A DNA stretch of 64,000 nucleotides from an uncultured archaeon (GCA_964508365.1 CAZDTP010000002.1:32001-96000), one strand, 5' to 3'. Shown: positions 1-10,209, numbered from the stretch's first letter. The notes: generated by a model from the letters alone, not told the origin. A program made the numbers and translations.

Positions 1-232
1 TTCCTGGTTCTCCAATACTTTGAGCGGCGACTGTTCCAACAGGTTCATGAGTTTCGACAATAGCGTTATTAAAATTAATATAAATCTTGTTTAAAAGGTA
101 TTCCAGCTGTTCTTCTTCAAGATCTTCATCTTTAATACGATTTCTGATTTTTTCTATGAGATCAACAGGAATACCATCTTCTTTGAGTACTTTTAAATTT
201 TTCTCTAAAATTACTTGAGTTACTTTTCCCAT
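1..232 (-). CDS. rpo1C: DNA-directed RNA polymerase subunit A'' (Rpo1C), N-terminal part, runs off window start
   Basis: Manual translation from ATG at 232: MGKVTQVILEKNLK...ETHEPVGTVAAQSIGEPG. Carries the hallmark AAQSIGEPG motif and lies directly downstream of rpo1N. Not in the ORF track. Confidence 0.95.
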   Translation of the reverse strand, partial: MGKVTQVILEKNLKVLKEDGIPVDLIEKIRNRIKDEDLEEEQLEYLLNKIYINFNNAIVETHEPVGTVAAQSIGEPG

Positions 233-261
233 TTCATTTGACCTTTAAAAAATTTAATATA

Positions 262-3219
262 TTATCCTAATCTTTCTTTTTTCCAGTCTAAATATCCTTT
301 TGTGAGTTTCCCTCTCCATTCTGCGTTTTTACTCGTCTCCATGTTATACAATTCCCTCAATTCTTCTTCACTGAGCGCTTGGTCTTTTTTATCTGCTTTT
401 TCTTGTTTTTCAGGTTCATCTTTGGCAGTTTTTTTGGGCGTAGATTTTTTAGCGGGAGGTTTTTTAGTTGTTTCTTTTTTAGCTGTAGTTTTAGGTTTTG
501 GAGTTTTTTTGATTTCCTCGCGAATTTCGTTTAAATCAAGTGTTTTAGCTTTGAGCAGAAGAACTTCAAGATTTACGGCTTCTGAATGATCGGTATGCAT
601 AGGATCTATACCGTCGTCACCATAACGGAATTGGATAATATTTTTATCACTATTCCTTACAGTCCCATCATTTTCGATGATCATGTCTTGTAAAGCGTTT
701 ACCAACCGTCTTTGCATATATCCACTAGTAGAGGTACGAACTGCAGTATCTACTAGACCTTCTCGACCACCCATGGCATGAAAAAAGAATTCCTCTGGAT
801 TTAGTCCTTTTCGGTAAGAACTTTCGACAAAGCCTCTTGCTCGAGGTGTTAAATCCTCTTGTTTAAAATGTGGAAGAGTTCTTGAACTATATCCTCTATT
901 GATTCTTTCACCTCTTATCGCCTGTTGACCCACTACAGCGGACATTTGGCCCAAATTTAAAATATTTCCTCTAGCTCCCGATTTTGTCATAATGACTGAA
1001 TGAGCTTCATCTCCAATATGGTGAGCTGCGGTTTCTTCAGCCATTTTTCTCGCTTCTGCTAACACTTGTCGAATTCTAAGTTCAAGTGTTTCGCGCATAG
1101 AACGTCCGGGGGCTCTTTTCAAAACCGTCGTGTCATTTTCGTTAAGCGCTTTGATTAATTTATCTGCTTCATCATCAGCATCTTTTAGGATTTTCTGAAT
1201 TTTGTCATAAGCTTTACCAGAGACAAAAACTTCATCCAATCCCATTGTCATTCCATTCTGACGGATAACGTACAATAGCATTTTTGTGGCGCTGTCTAAG
1301 AATAGTCTCCCTCGTGCGTTTCCATGGTCTTTAATTACGCGCTGTAATATACTATTAGATTGCATAGCACCGAATGAGTTTTCGTCAATAGTTCCCGTTA
1401 TGAGAACCCCGTTTTTAATTACTACATAAGCATCATATTCACAACCTTCTTCCTTACAAATTTCACACTTCTTACAAAATTTCGATTTTACTTTTATATT
1501 CAAATCGTCCGGAAAAAGAGTACTAAAAATTTGCTTTCCCGAATATAACTTCTCAGGATCAGTTTTAACAGGAATAATATCATCTAAACTAAATTCTGGT
1601 TTAGATTCAAAGACATCTCCCAAATAGAGCAATTTCAACGTGTCTTTTCTGTTATAAACTGAGTCTACACTAGTAAATTGAAAAACAGAGGAAATAAAGT
1701 CTTGAATTCCTCCTAGAATTGGACCTCCAAATCTCGGAGATAATATGTGTTCTTGCACTTTCAGTAGCAGTTCGGCTTCAGTTCGAGCCTCTTCGCTTTG
1801 TGGGACATGCAAGTTCATTTCATCACCATCAAAATCGGCGTTATAAGGTGGACAAACGGTTAAATTTAACCTAAAAGTCCGACCATCCATTATTTTAACC
1901 TCGTGAGCCATAATAGACATTCTATGAAGGGAAGGTTGTCGATTGAACAAAACTAAATCACCATTAGCTAAATGTCGTTCAACTGTATATCCTGGAGCAA
2001 GCATTTCTGCAATAATTTTACGATTCTTGACATATCGTAAATCTATCCTTCTACGATCGCTTCTAATTATATAATTTGCTCCTGGATGATTAAAAGGTCC
2101 ATTAAGAACGAGTTGTTTCATTTCTTCGATGTTCCAATCGTTTATATTTGTAGGTATGGTTAAAATTTTAGCAATTTCCATTGGTACACCTACATCATTA
2201 ATACTAATGAAAGGGTTTGGAGAAATTACGGAGCGTGCGGAAAAATCGACTCTTTTTCCACTTAAGTTGCTTCTAAACCTTCCTTCTTTCCCTTTTAATC
2301 TTTGTGTAAGAGTTCTTAACGCCCTCCCTGAGCGATGTCTCGCTGGTGGAATTCCAGAAACTTGATTATCGAAATAAGTTGTAATATGATACTGAAGTAA
2401 TTCCCATAAATCTTCTACAATTAGATGAGGTGCACCTGCATCAATATTCTCTCTAAGTCTTTGGTTAATGCGAATAACATCAACTAATTTGTGGGTTAAA
2501 TCATCTTCAGATCTAATTCCACTATCTAACGTAATAGATGGTCGAGCACATACAGGTGGAATTGGTAATACTGTAAATATTACCCATTCAAGTCTCGCAT
2601 TTTCAGGAGCTACTCCTAAAATCCTAAGATCATTATCCGTCATTTTTATAAGACGTTCTAGTATTTCAATAGGAGTAATCCTTCGGGAGCCCTTAATTTC
2701 TTCTTCTTCATAAAAAGTAGTAGGTTTTTCAATTACAATTTTTTTCTTTTTTGCGCCGCAATACGGGCAAACTTTACTTTTTCTTGCACGCTTAAACACG
2801 ATCTTCGTAGCATCTTCATCACTTTCAAAGAAAATTCTACGGTGCTTTAATTGTTCTGTCCTGAATAAATCCATTTCTTCTTCTGTTAACATTAACCTTG
2901 AGCATTCAGGACAGATGCTTCTTAGGACTTTGAGGACTTTTTTCGCATAGCCGACATGGATAACGGGCCTAGCTAATTCAATATGACCAAAGTGCCCCAT
3001 ACAATTACTTACAAGGTTTCCACAAGTTTGACATCTCTGTCCCGGCTCAATAGTCCCTAATCGTTGGTCCATAAGCCCACTAGGAATAGGTAAACCATCT
3101 TCATCATAAGTATCTGCCGTAATTATTCTGGCAGCAGACATTTTTCTAATTTCGTCCGGACTTAGCAATCCGAATTTTATTTTTTCAATTAATTTAGTAC
3201 GACTGAATGAATAACTCAT
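262..3219 (-). CDS. rpo1N: DNA-directed RNA polymerase subunit A' (Rpo1N) with C-terminal Lys-rich extension
   Basis: Catalytic NADFDGD motif, clamp Zn motifs (CQTC...C..H, CPEC, CPYC), GKRVDFSAR, TSTSGYMQRRL bridge helix. Confidence 0.99.
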   Translation of the reverse strand: MSYSFSRTKLIEKIKFGLLSPDEIRKMSAARIITADTYDEDGLPIPSGLMDQRLGTIEPGQRCQTCGNLVSNCMGHFGHIELARPVIHVGYAKKVLKVLRSICPECSRLMLTEEEMDLFRTEQLKHRRIFFESDEDATKIVFKRARKSKVCPYCGAKKKKIVIEKPTTFYEEEEIKGSRRITPIEILERLIKMTDNDLRILGVAPENARLEWVIFTVLPIPPVCARPSITLDSGIRSEDDLTHKLVDVIRINQRLRENIDAGAPHLIVEDLWELLQYHITTYFDNQVSGIPPARHRSGRALRTLTQRLKGKEGRFRSNLSGKRVDFSARSVISPNPFISINDVGVPMEIAKILTIPTNINDWNIEEMKQLVLNGPFNHPGANYIIRSDRRRIDLRYVKNRKIIAEMLAPGYTVERHLANGDLVLFNRQPSLHRMSIMAHEVKIMDGRTFRLNLTVCPPYNADFDGDEMNLHVPQSEEARTEAELLLKVQEHILSPRFGGPILGGIQDFISSVFQFTSVDSVYNRKDTLKLLYLGDVFESKPEFSLDDIIPVKTDPEKLYSGKQIFSTLFPDDLNIKVKSKFCKKCEICKEEGCEYDAYVVIKNGVLITGTIDENSFGAMQSNSILQRVIKDHGNARGRLFLDSATKMLLYVIRQNGMTMGLDEVFVSGKAYDKIQKILKDADDEADKLIKALNENDTTVLKRAPGRSMRETLELRIRQVLAEARKMAEETAAHHIGDEAHSVIMTKSGARGNILNLGQMSAVVGQQAIRGERINRGYSSRTLPHFKQEDLTPRARGFVESSYRKGLNPEEFFFHAMGGREGLVDTAVRTSTSGYMQRRLVNALQDMIIENDGTVRNSDKNIIQFRYGDDGIDPMHTDHSEAVNLEVLLLKAKTLDLNEIREEIKKTPKPKTTAKKETTKKPPAKKSTPKKTAKDEPEKQEKADKKDQALSEEELRELYNMETSKNAEWRGKLTKGYLDWKKERLG

Positions 3220-3405
3220 AAATCCAAAATAACCTCAATTTTTGAATTAATACAATAAAACAATAAAGAATAAGTTAACAAGTTCTGCACTATAAAGGAA
3301 TTAAGCAAGCAAATATTAAAAATTTTTCGGATTAGGCATTTTTTTATCTATTCTTTTATTACTTTATATCAAGTAGTATATTTTATAGATGTATTCACTC
3401 AAGTA

Positions 3406-4008
3406 ATGATGAAGATAGAGACGTTATTTAAAAGTAAATTAATGGTGTTCTGCATTCAAATATTAATTTTACTGATATTTAGCGTGATATTTAATTATCG
3501 GATTCAAATTGATTTTGATTTGAGTACTGACCCTCGAGCAGGGGAACAACATTTTATTATCCAATTTCTTGCAAATATAATTTTATATAACACAACTTTT
3601 GGTTTTTTATACATAAGCATTACATGGGTAATTATATCGTTATTACCTATTCTAATTTTTAACAATTACAGAAAAGCTTATTCAATGAATTTAACAACTT
3701 TTTTTTTCCCTAATTTCTTTTTTTATGTTTTCTATTGGAGGTATTCAATAACATCATTTAGCTCTGTTTTACCAACTTTTTTAGTCGAAACTATCACGCT
3801 AGCAATTACTATCCTAATCATTTCCATAGGGTTATCATTACTCTTTAAATTAATTAAAAATTTTGAAAATGACGAGGATAAAGTAAATATGACAAAAATA
3901 GAATTAAAAAATAGATCAGAATGCCCTCAATGTGGAGCTAAATTCGATTCAAAACCTAAATATTGCTATAACTGTAATAGTCGTTTAATAGAAGAATTAG
4001 GTGAATAA
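3406..4008 (+). CDS. Hypothetical membrane protein with C-terminal zinc ribbon
   Basis: About 4-5 hydrophobic segments followed by CPQC-x10-CYNC. Confidence 0.7.
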   Translation: MMKIETLFKSKLMVFCIQILILLIFSVIFNYRIQIDFDLSTDPRAGEQHFIIQFLANIILYNTTFGFLYISITWVIISLLPILIFNNYRKAYSMNLTTFFFPNFFFYVFYWRYSITSFSSVLPTFLVETITLAITILIISIGLSLLFKLIKNFENDEDKVNMTKIELKNRSECPQCGAKFDSKPKYCYNCNSRLIEELGE

Positions 4009-5467
4009 ATTGGAAGATTTTGATAAGATAGCCTTCTTAGATTTATTGTTTAAACCAAAAAATGTACTTATATACGATGCAAAGCCCAAGATTTCTTTTT
4101 TTATAGATGGATTTATTAGACAAGGATACAATTTAGAAAATCTCTATCTAGTTTCTACTAAAGTTGAAGAACTTTTAGGCATTAAATGTTTAAAATCTGT
4201 TGATAGTGTCCCTGTTAATTCGATTGATCTCGTTATTTTGTCCGTTAGAAGAGACGATTTAGTTAAAGAATTATCAGACCTTTTATCTCGTAAGATAGTT
4301 AAGTTTATTCACATTTTTACAGCGGGTACTGGAGAATTTGATGAAAAAGGTGTTAAAATTGAAAGGGAAATTAAAGAAATTCTGAATGCCTATCCCTCTA
4401 CGAGATGCATAGGTCCAAATTGTATGGGTTTGTATTGCCCACGAGGAAAAATAGCATATTACTCCTCTTTTCCTACTGAAAATGGGACGGTAGGATTAAT
4501 ATTTCAATCTGGAGATTTACATTCTAAGATGGTAAAGTTTAGTGCTCGAAGATATAATTTAAGATTTTCGAAAGGGGTAAGTATAGGAAATTGTATTGAT
4601 ATTCAAGTTTCTGAACTCTTACAATACTTAGATGATGACAATGAAACGCAAGTTATTTGCGTTTATTTCGAAGGTTTACCTGCTTTATATAAAAATGAGG
4701 GAAGAAGGCTCTTAAAAGTATTAAAAAATATGAAGAAACCCGTGCTCTTTATGCGCGGAGGTAGGACTGAGAGAGGTCAAGCAGCAGTATTAACCCATAC
4801 GGGATCCTTGGCTTCAAAAGGTGATATTTGGAAAGCAATTTTTAAACAGACGCCAATTATTGAAGTTCCACCATCTTTAGATGAGTTAATCGATTATACC
4901 TACCTATTTTCCACACACACACACAATTATAAGGAAAGAAAGAAAGAGGTAGAGTATCCCAAATCCAAAAATGTTTTAGTAGTTTTGTGGTCTGGAGGTT
5001 TTGGAATTTTAGCTACAGATATTATAACGGAATTAGGTTTGAACCTACCGATTATATCAGGAAAAAAGTTAGACGCTCTAAAACAAATATACCCTATTAA
5101 GATTGGTAGTTTATCTAATCCTTTGGATATGCCTTGGATCATTTCAAGTAAGGTTTATTTGGAGGTTTGTAAGGCAGCAGTAGATGATACTATCGATTTA
5201 GTATTAGTAGTAACTGATGCTTGGAAGGATTTGGATGATGAAAGATTCAAAAATTTTTACAGTAATTTACTTGGAATTAAAAAACATGTAGAATCTTTAG
5301 AAAAAATCTTTGTGATTATATTACCCCAGTATCCTAGCGAGTCACGGAAATTAATATCCAACAAACTAAAAAACGACGGATTTTTTGTATATAACTCAAT
5401 AGAGAGCGCAGCAAAGTCATTTTTGAAGCTATACGAATATGGGAAAAAGAGGAATATAGCTTTATGA
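4001..5467 (+). CDS. Acyl-CoA synthetase (NDP-forming) alpha-subunit-like / CoA-binding protein
   Basis: IGPNCMG, QSG, SIGN..D, RGGRT and the phospho-His motif HTGSLA. The N-terminal CoA-binding motif is degenerate. Confidence 0.8.
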   Translation: MNKLEDFDKIAFLDLLFKPKNVLIYDAKPKISFFIDGFIRQGYNLENLYLVSTKVEELLGIKCLKSVDSVPVNSIDLVILSVRRDDLVKELSDLLSRKIVKFIHIFTAGTGEFDEKGVKIEREIKEILNAYPSTRCIGPNCMGLYCPRGKIAYYSSFPTENGTVGLIFQSGDLHSKMVKFSARRYNLRFSKGVSIGNCIDIQVSELLQYLDDDNETQVICVYFEGLPALYKNEGRRLLKVLKNMKKPVLFMRGGRTERGQAAVLTHTGSLASKGDIWKAIFKQTPIIEVPPSLDELIDYTYLFSTHTHNYKERKKEVEYPKSKNVLVVLWSGGFGILATDIITELGLNLPIISGKKLDALKQIYPIKIGSLSNPLDMPWIISSKVYLEVCKAAVDDTIDLVLVVTDAWKDLDDERFKNFYSNLLGIKKHVESLEKIFVIILPQYPSESRKLISNKLKNDGFFVYNSIESAAKSFLKLYEYGKKRNIAL

Positions 5468-6420
5468 CTGGAGAATTAATCGCAATTTTAGCAGTCTTAA
5501 CTTTTGTAGTATCAAATGTGCTCTTTCGAAAAACTGAGCGTGATGCTAGCCCTGCATTCATTAACTTTTTTCGCACTGCAATTGGAACTATAACATTTAT
5601 AGTGCTCGCTGTTGTTTTAGGTATTTTTACATATATATTCTTATTACCATGGTATTTGTGGATAATAACATTCCTAAGTTTTCTTTTTGGACAAGTAATT
5701 GGAGACACAGCATATTTTAAAGCGCAACAAGATCTTGGTACTACGATTACTTTAGCGATTTCCATGACATTTCCTTTATTTACCATTATTCTTTCATTAA
5801 TTTTTCTAAACCGTGCTTTTGAATATAAGATAATTCTATCGATTGTTCTTATTGGGGCAGGGATCATAGTAATAGGGAAATCTAAAATAAATGCTGAAAA
5901 CAAAAACTCACAAGATTCGGAAATTCACCCTCAAAAATTAATTTCTTATACGCCTTTAAAGTCAATTGTTTACGCTTTAATCGCTTCGCTTGGATGGGCT
6001 ATTGGTCTTGTTATAATAGATTATGTGACGAATTTAATTGATCAAATCTTAATTACAAATGGAATAAGTTCTATTATTAGTAATGTAATTCGCTTTCCAT
6101 TTGCTCTTTCAATTTTGTTGGTAATGGTTTGGAGAGAAAGCAGATTTGGGAATAGTAACCAAAAAAAATGCTCATTCAGAAAACCTTCTCAAACATGGCT
6201 AATTCTGCTTATAGCATCTATTATAGGTACTTCTCTAGGAGCATATTTATACACTGAAGCGGCTCACACAGCGGGAGCCATTGTTATGTCATTAATAGCG
6301 AGTGCAAGCCCGTTATTTTCGCTTCCACTTACCTATTGGTTAAATAAAGAGCGGATTACTAAATATGGTTTTTTGGGAGTAATTTCTACAACTTTAGGAG
6401 TAATTGTGGTTATAGTATAA
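5464..6420 (+). CDS. DMT/EamA family transporter
   Basis: Two EamA-like repeats, about 10 TM helices. ATGA overlap with the upstream gene. Confidence 0.85.
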   Translation: MTGELIAILAVLTFVVSNVLFRKTERDASPAFINFFRTAIGTITFIVLAVVLGIFTYIFLLPWYLWIITFLSFLFGQVIGDTAYFKAQQDLGTTITLAISMTFPLFTIILSLIFLNRAFEYKIILSIVLIGAGIIVIGKSKINAENKNSQDSEIHPQKLISYTPLKSIVYALIASLGWAIGLVIIDYVTNLIDQILITNGISSIISNVIRFPFALSILLVMVWRESRFGNSNQKKCSFRKPSQTWLILLIASIIGTSLGAYLYTEAAHTAGAIVMSLIASASPLFSLPLTYWLNKERITKYGFLGVISTTLGVIVVIV

Positions 6421-6424
6421 AAAT

Positions 6425-7504
6425 TTACTCATAATATTGCTCAAATAATTTCAATTCATCTGAAATCGCTTTTAATTTAGCCATTTCTTCATTAGTTGGA
6501 GAATCCTCGTCGTAGATATCGTAAAGGTTTAAATTGAGATTTTTTCTTACTTGCCTCTCTATTTTATTTATCTTCTGTTTTGTAGCAAAGAATTTAATAG
6601 TTTTAAATTTTAATTTTGTTAATTTTTTTGACCATTCTTTAGTAAAATCTCCTTCTTGGATTTCTTTCAATATTTCTTTCATCATAGGCTTTAATGGTAG
6701 TTTTCTAAATCGAATACCCTTGCTCATAGCACCATATTGACTCGTTTGGGAGTGAAATTCAACCTGTTTAATTAAGCCAATATCAGCCATTTTTTTATAT
6801 GTGTAGGACATTTCATTACTCATATACATTTCGATTAACACGGCTTCAGGAGGGTAACCCGCATCGATCAAAGTGTATATTGAAGACAACAAAACCCTCC
6901 CGAACGCAGGACCAAACGCTTGTTCGTTAAACAAGTCAAGTTCCGCTTCTTGTTTAAAGCTGAGCATAATAGCTCCCTTTTTCAAAGTTCCTATCCCTTT
7001 AGCTAAAGCAAGTAATATCTCTCTTGCATTGCCAGTGAAATCTTGTTCGATGGCCACAAAGCTAAAAAATCCTTGATTGTTTAGAAAATTTTCTCTGACA
7101 CCCACCCCAATCATCCTCGGAGCTAATAACAGAACATCAACATTATCTGGAGGTAATAGTAAATTAAAACCAATGTTATACCCACTTGCAAACACTATGG
7201 CAGAATTTGGTTTAAGAGAGGGGCATATTTCCTCTTTAAATATGGTATCCATCAATTCATCAGGAACGAGAATAAAGGAAATATCAGATTTCGATACGGC
7301 ATCCTTAATATAATAAACACTAAATCCGTCATTTTTTGCGACTTCTTTATATTTATCTTCTATATTTCCGATTATCACATTTAGTCCTGAATCCCTTAAA
7401 TTAAAAGCTTGAGCACGACCTTGGTTTCCATATCCTATAATGGATATAACTTTTGAGCTTATAAAACTTAAATTTCCGTCAGATTCGTTAAAAATTTCGA
7501 TCAT
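6425..7504 (-). CDS. ilvC: Ketol-acid reductoisomerase (divergent IlvC-like)
   Basis: IIGYGNQGRAQAFNLRDSG Rossmann motif, LVPDE, APRMIG, DLFNEQ, S.TSQYG. Confidence 0.8.
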   Translation of the reverse strand: MIEIFNESDGNLSFISSKVISIIGYGNQGRAQAFNLRDSGLNVIIGNIEDKYKEVAKNDGFSVYYIKDAVSKSDISFILVPDELMDTIFKEEICPSLKPNSAIVFASGYNIGFNLLLPPDNVDVLLLAPRMIGVGVRENFLNNQGFFSFVAIEQDFTGNAREILLALAKGIGTLKKGAIMLSFKQEAELDLFNEQAFGPAFGRVLLSSIYTLIDAGYPPEAVLIEMYMSNEMSYTYKKMADIGLIKQVEFHSQTSQYGAMSKGIRFRKLPLKPMMKEILKEIQEGDFTKEWSKKLTKLKFKTIKFFATKQKINKIERQVRKNLNLNLYDIYDEDSPTNEEMAKLKAISDELKLFEQYYE

Positions 7505-7584
7505 CTTATTATCCTTTTTAGTTTTTGAATTAGGATATCAAACTAAATTAGAATTTTTAGTTTAAATAAGGTATAGAGAGTTCT

Positions 7585-8163
7585 TTAAAGCAGTTTATCG
7601 TACGTAAAACCATGAGTATCCAAGATTTTCCTAGTCATCTCTACGAAAATTGCTCTTATGTTATAGTTTTTCTTTGCAGAAGTCTTAAAGAATTCAACAT
7701 TATTATGCTTTTTCGTAAAACTTTCTATAACTAACTCGTCAACTTTTTCTGTTTTTTTTACTAAATCACTTTTACATCCGATTAATAGCTTTAGCGTTTT
7801 GCTTTGATTCTGTTTTGTTAGATGTTCATACCACCAGTCCAAACCAAGCAATGTGCTATTTAAGTTGAACAAGCTGAATACCATAAATATTCCATTTGCG
7901 CCATTAATATAGTAGCTAAACATTTGTTTAAATTGTTCTTGACCACCAAAATCCCAAAGAGAGAGCCTAACAAATGTTTCATTTCCGTTTACAATAATCG
8001 GAATGTCATATGTGTAGAAATCGATACCAATGGTTAACCGCGTATTCGCATCGAAAGTATCAAAGCACAACCTTCTCGCTATACAAGTTTTTCCTACACC
8101 TCCTTGACCCAGCAGGCATATTTTAAAAATATAGTAGGGTTGTTCTTCACGCTCAAATGACAT
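7585..8163 (-). CDS. Rab-like small GTPase
   Basis: G1 GQGGVGKT, TIGIDF, G3 WDFGGQ, G4 GCKSD, G5 TSAK. Confidence 0.92.
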   Translation of the reverse strand: MSFEREEQPYYIFKICLLGQGGVGKTCIARRLCFDTFDANTRLTIGIDFYTYDIPIIVNGNETFVRLSLWDFGGQEQFKQMFSYYINGANGIFMVFSLFNLNSTLLGLDWWYEHLTKQNQSKTLKLLIGCKSDLVKKTEKVDELVIESFTKKHNNVEFFKTSAKKNYNIRAIFVEMTRKILDTHGFTYDKLL

Positions 8164-8288
8164 TAATTTTCAACTACTATTTAAATTGCTTTATAAAACT
8201 ATTAGGTTATAGAATAAACATCATTATAGGTTTTAAATCTTTATGTAATAGAGAGAAATTTTTATTATCGAATTGAAATATAGGAATT

Positions 8289-8750
8289 ATGAACGAAAAA
8301 AATATGTTTCCCGATTATCAACCAAAGATCACACCTGATACTATTGAAGATTATCTAAAAAAGCCAAGTAATGTTTATAGTATCCTTGGAGAAATCAGAG
8401 AACCTAGCATCAATAATCTAAAAACTATTATCACTTATTTCTTAAAATATAAAAAAGCCGCTGAGAAAAATCCTGGAGGTACCCAGAAGGGAAATATTGC
8501 GCTTGGAGCAGATGAGGATCAATACTATCCTTCGGAAGATGAAATGTTAGCTTCAGAATTAGGAAAATTAATATTACAAGTTACTAATTCTTACTCCAAA
8601 CTGCAAATGAAGACTTTAAAATTAAAACATCAAATTGAGACTCAGCGATTTAGCTACCACGAAATAACTTTTAGACATGTGGATGTAATGGGATCAGGTC
8701 GATTCTTTTATGCAGAAAAAGCTACTAAGGAAACAAAAATTGAATTGTAA
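8289..8750 (+). CDS. Hypothetical protein
   Basis: 153-aa ORF with ATG, normal composition, no recognised family. Confidence 0.7.
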   Translation: MNEKNMFPDYQPKITPDTIEDYLKKPSNVYSILGEIREPSINNLKTIITYFLKYKKAAEKNPGGTQKGNIALGADEDQYYPSEDEMLASELGKLILQVTNSYSKLQMKTLKLKHQIETQRFSYHEITFRHVDVMGSGRFFYAEKATKETKIEL

Positions 8751-8802
8751 GACATTGGAAAGGATTTCAGAGCAAAAATTCTTAGGATAACATGATTTAC
8801 TT

Positions 8803-9618
8803 ATGAATGAAGATGGAAAGTTAAACGATAAAAACAAAACAATAGAAAGGATTTGGAAGATTAGAGATTATATTAAAGAACTCGAAGATATAAAAGATGG
8901 TATCTTACATTTTTTAAACTCCCGTAAGAAATTGGACGAGGTAACTAAAAATTTATGGATTTCAGATGTAAAAGATTTTTACTATAATACCATGTCCGCT
9001 TGGGAAATGCTAAATAGCGCTTCAAAAGGAAAATTAAAGTATTTAGAGAATTCTAAAAATTTTTTACACCTCGCAAGAGGTCGATTAGCTAAATCCATAA
9101 GCGAATTAAAATTCTATAAAGAAGAGATAGTATTTAATCTTATAAAAGAAGTTGAAATTAGTTTTGAGAAATGCTGGAACGCTTTTCATTTTGAATTCGA
9201 AAGATTAAAACCAAATAAGAAAATAATTAAGCCTATCCCTAGAATTATTAAGGTATCTAATTCAGAATATCATCTGCCTTGTTCAGTCTGCGGTAGAATT
9301 TCCGTCGAATATAAAATAGGTTTTGGTCGGTTCGATGAAATTGAATCGCTTGTTTACAGTGGCATTACGCATAGTAGATCATTAAGAAAGGATCTTGCGA
9401 ACGAGCTGTTTGGAATTCTGAAAAAAGAAAATTTTCTAGGAGTTCATCAATTCATGCAAAAGCATCACTCTTTCGAAGGATTGGATGCCTATTGTCCTCA
9501 GTGTGATAAAATATATTGTTGGGAGCATTATAGCGCAAGAGAAGAATATGACGACGGTTTCTACGATTGTACTTACGGTGAATGCCCAAATGGACATCGA
9601 AGGATGATTGATGATTAA
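8803..9618 (+). CDS. Hypothetical protein: N-terminal helical bundle plus C-terminal Cys/His metal-binding domain
   Basis: CSVC, CPQC..YCWEH and CPNGH motifs in the C-terminal half. Confidence 0.75.
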   Translation: MNEDGKLNDKNKTIERIWKIRDYIKELEDIKDGILHFLNSRKKLDEVTKNLWISDVKDFYYNTMSAWEMLNSASKGKLKYLENSKNFLHLARGRLAKSISELKFYKEEIVFNLIKEVEISFEKCWNAFHFEFERLKPNKKIIKPIPRIIKVSNSEYHLPCSVCGRISVEYKIGFGRFDEIESLVYSGITHSRSLRKDLANELFGILKKENFLGVHQFMQKHHSFEGLDAYCPQCDKIYCWEHYSAREEYDDGFYDCTYGECPNGHRRMIDD

Positions 9619-9718
9619 AATAATCTTCTTTTACCCTTTTTTGATAATTCATAAAATAAAGATTTAAATCTATTATCTTGATTTTGAGGTTAGGGATAAT
9701 TGAAAATTAGGAATACTT

Positions 9719-10209
9719 TTGATACAGAATATATTTATCTTTAAATCAGGAGTCGTATTAGTAAACCATAATTTTGGCCAATGTCATACCTAGGGTAGGG
9801 ATATTAATTTGGTTTCAAGTTATCTTTACGCATTTCAACAACTATCGGTAGAAATAACTGGTACTTCTATAAAATCTCTGAACTTTGAAAAAATTGCCTT
9901 CCACTTTTATAAGGATCCCTACGACTCTAATGTGTTCTATGTTATTGTAACTGATGTTGACGACGATCTAGAAGAGATAAATTTTAAAATTCATCTAATT
10001 GCTGAAATTTTTGATCAAAACTATAAAGAAAACCTGCAGGAATTCCACGGAAATGTCGGTACTTTTAGAAATTTTGGAGATATCCTAATTAGTATGGCCT
10101 TAGCAGAAAAAGGATTGTGGAGGGGGGATTAGAGTGCGAAAACTATGCTCACAACGAAGTTTTTAGCGAAATTGGTAAAATGATTGAAGTTAAGGAGAGA
10201 AAACTTTAA
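9719..10209 (+). pseudogene. Disrupted longin-like (profilin-fold) protein gene
   Basis: TTG at 9719 opens MIQNIFIFKSGVVLVNHNFGQCHT-TAG(9791-9793)-GRDINLVSS..., in frame with ORF 9809..10132. A plausible C-terminus (LECENYAHNEVF...ERKL*) continues in another frame after A5/G6 runs at about 10107-10127. Confidence 0.6.

Noticed and set aside
262-545. Possible RPB1 CTD-like heptad repeats in the Rpo1N tail
   Set aside because: There is no YSPTSPS-like periodicity. The tail is Lys/Pro/Thr-rich and sits at the A' end, not the RPB1 C-terminus equivalent.
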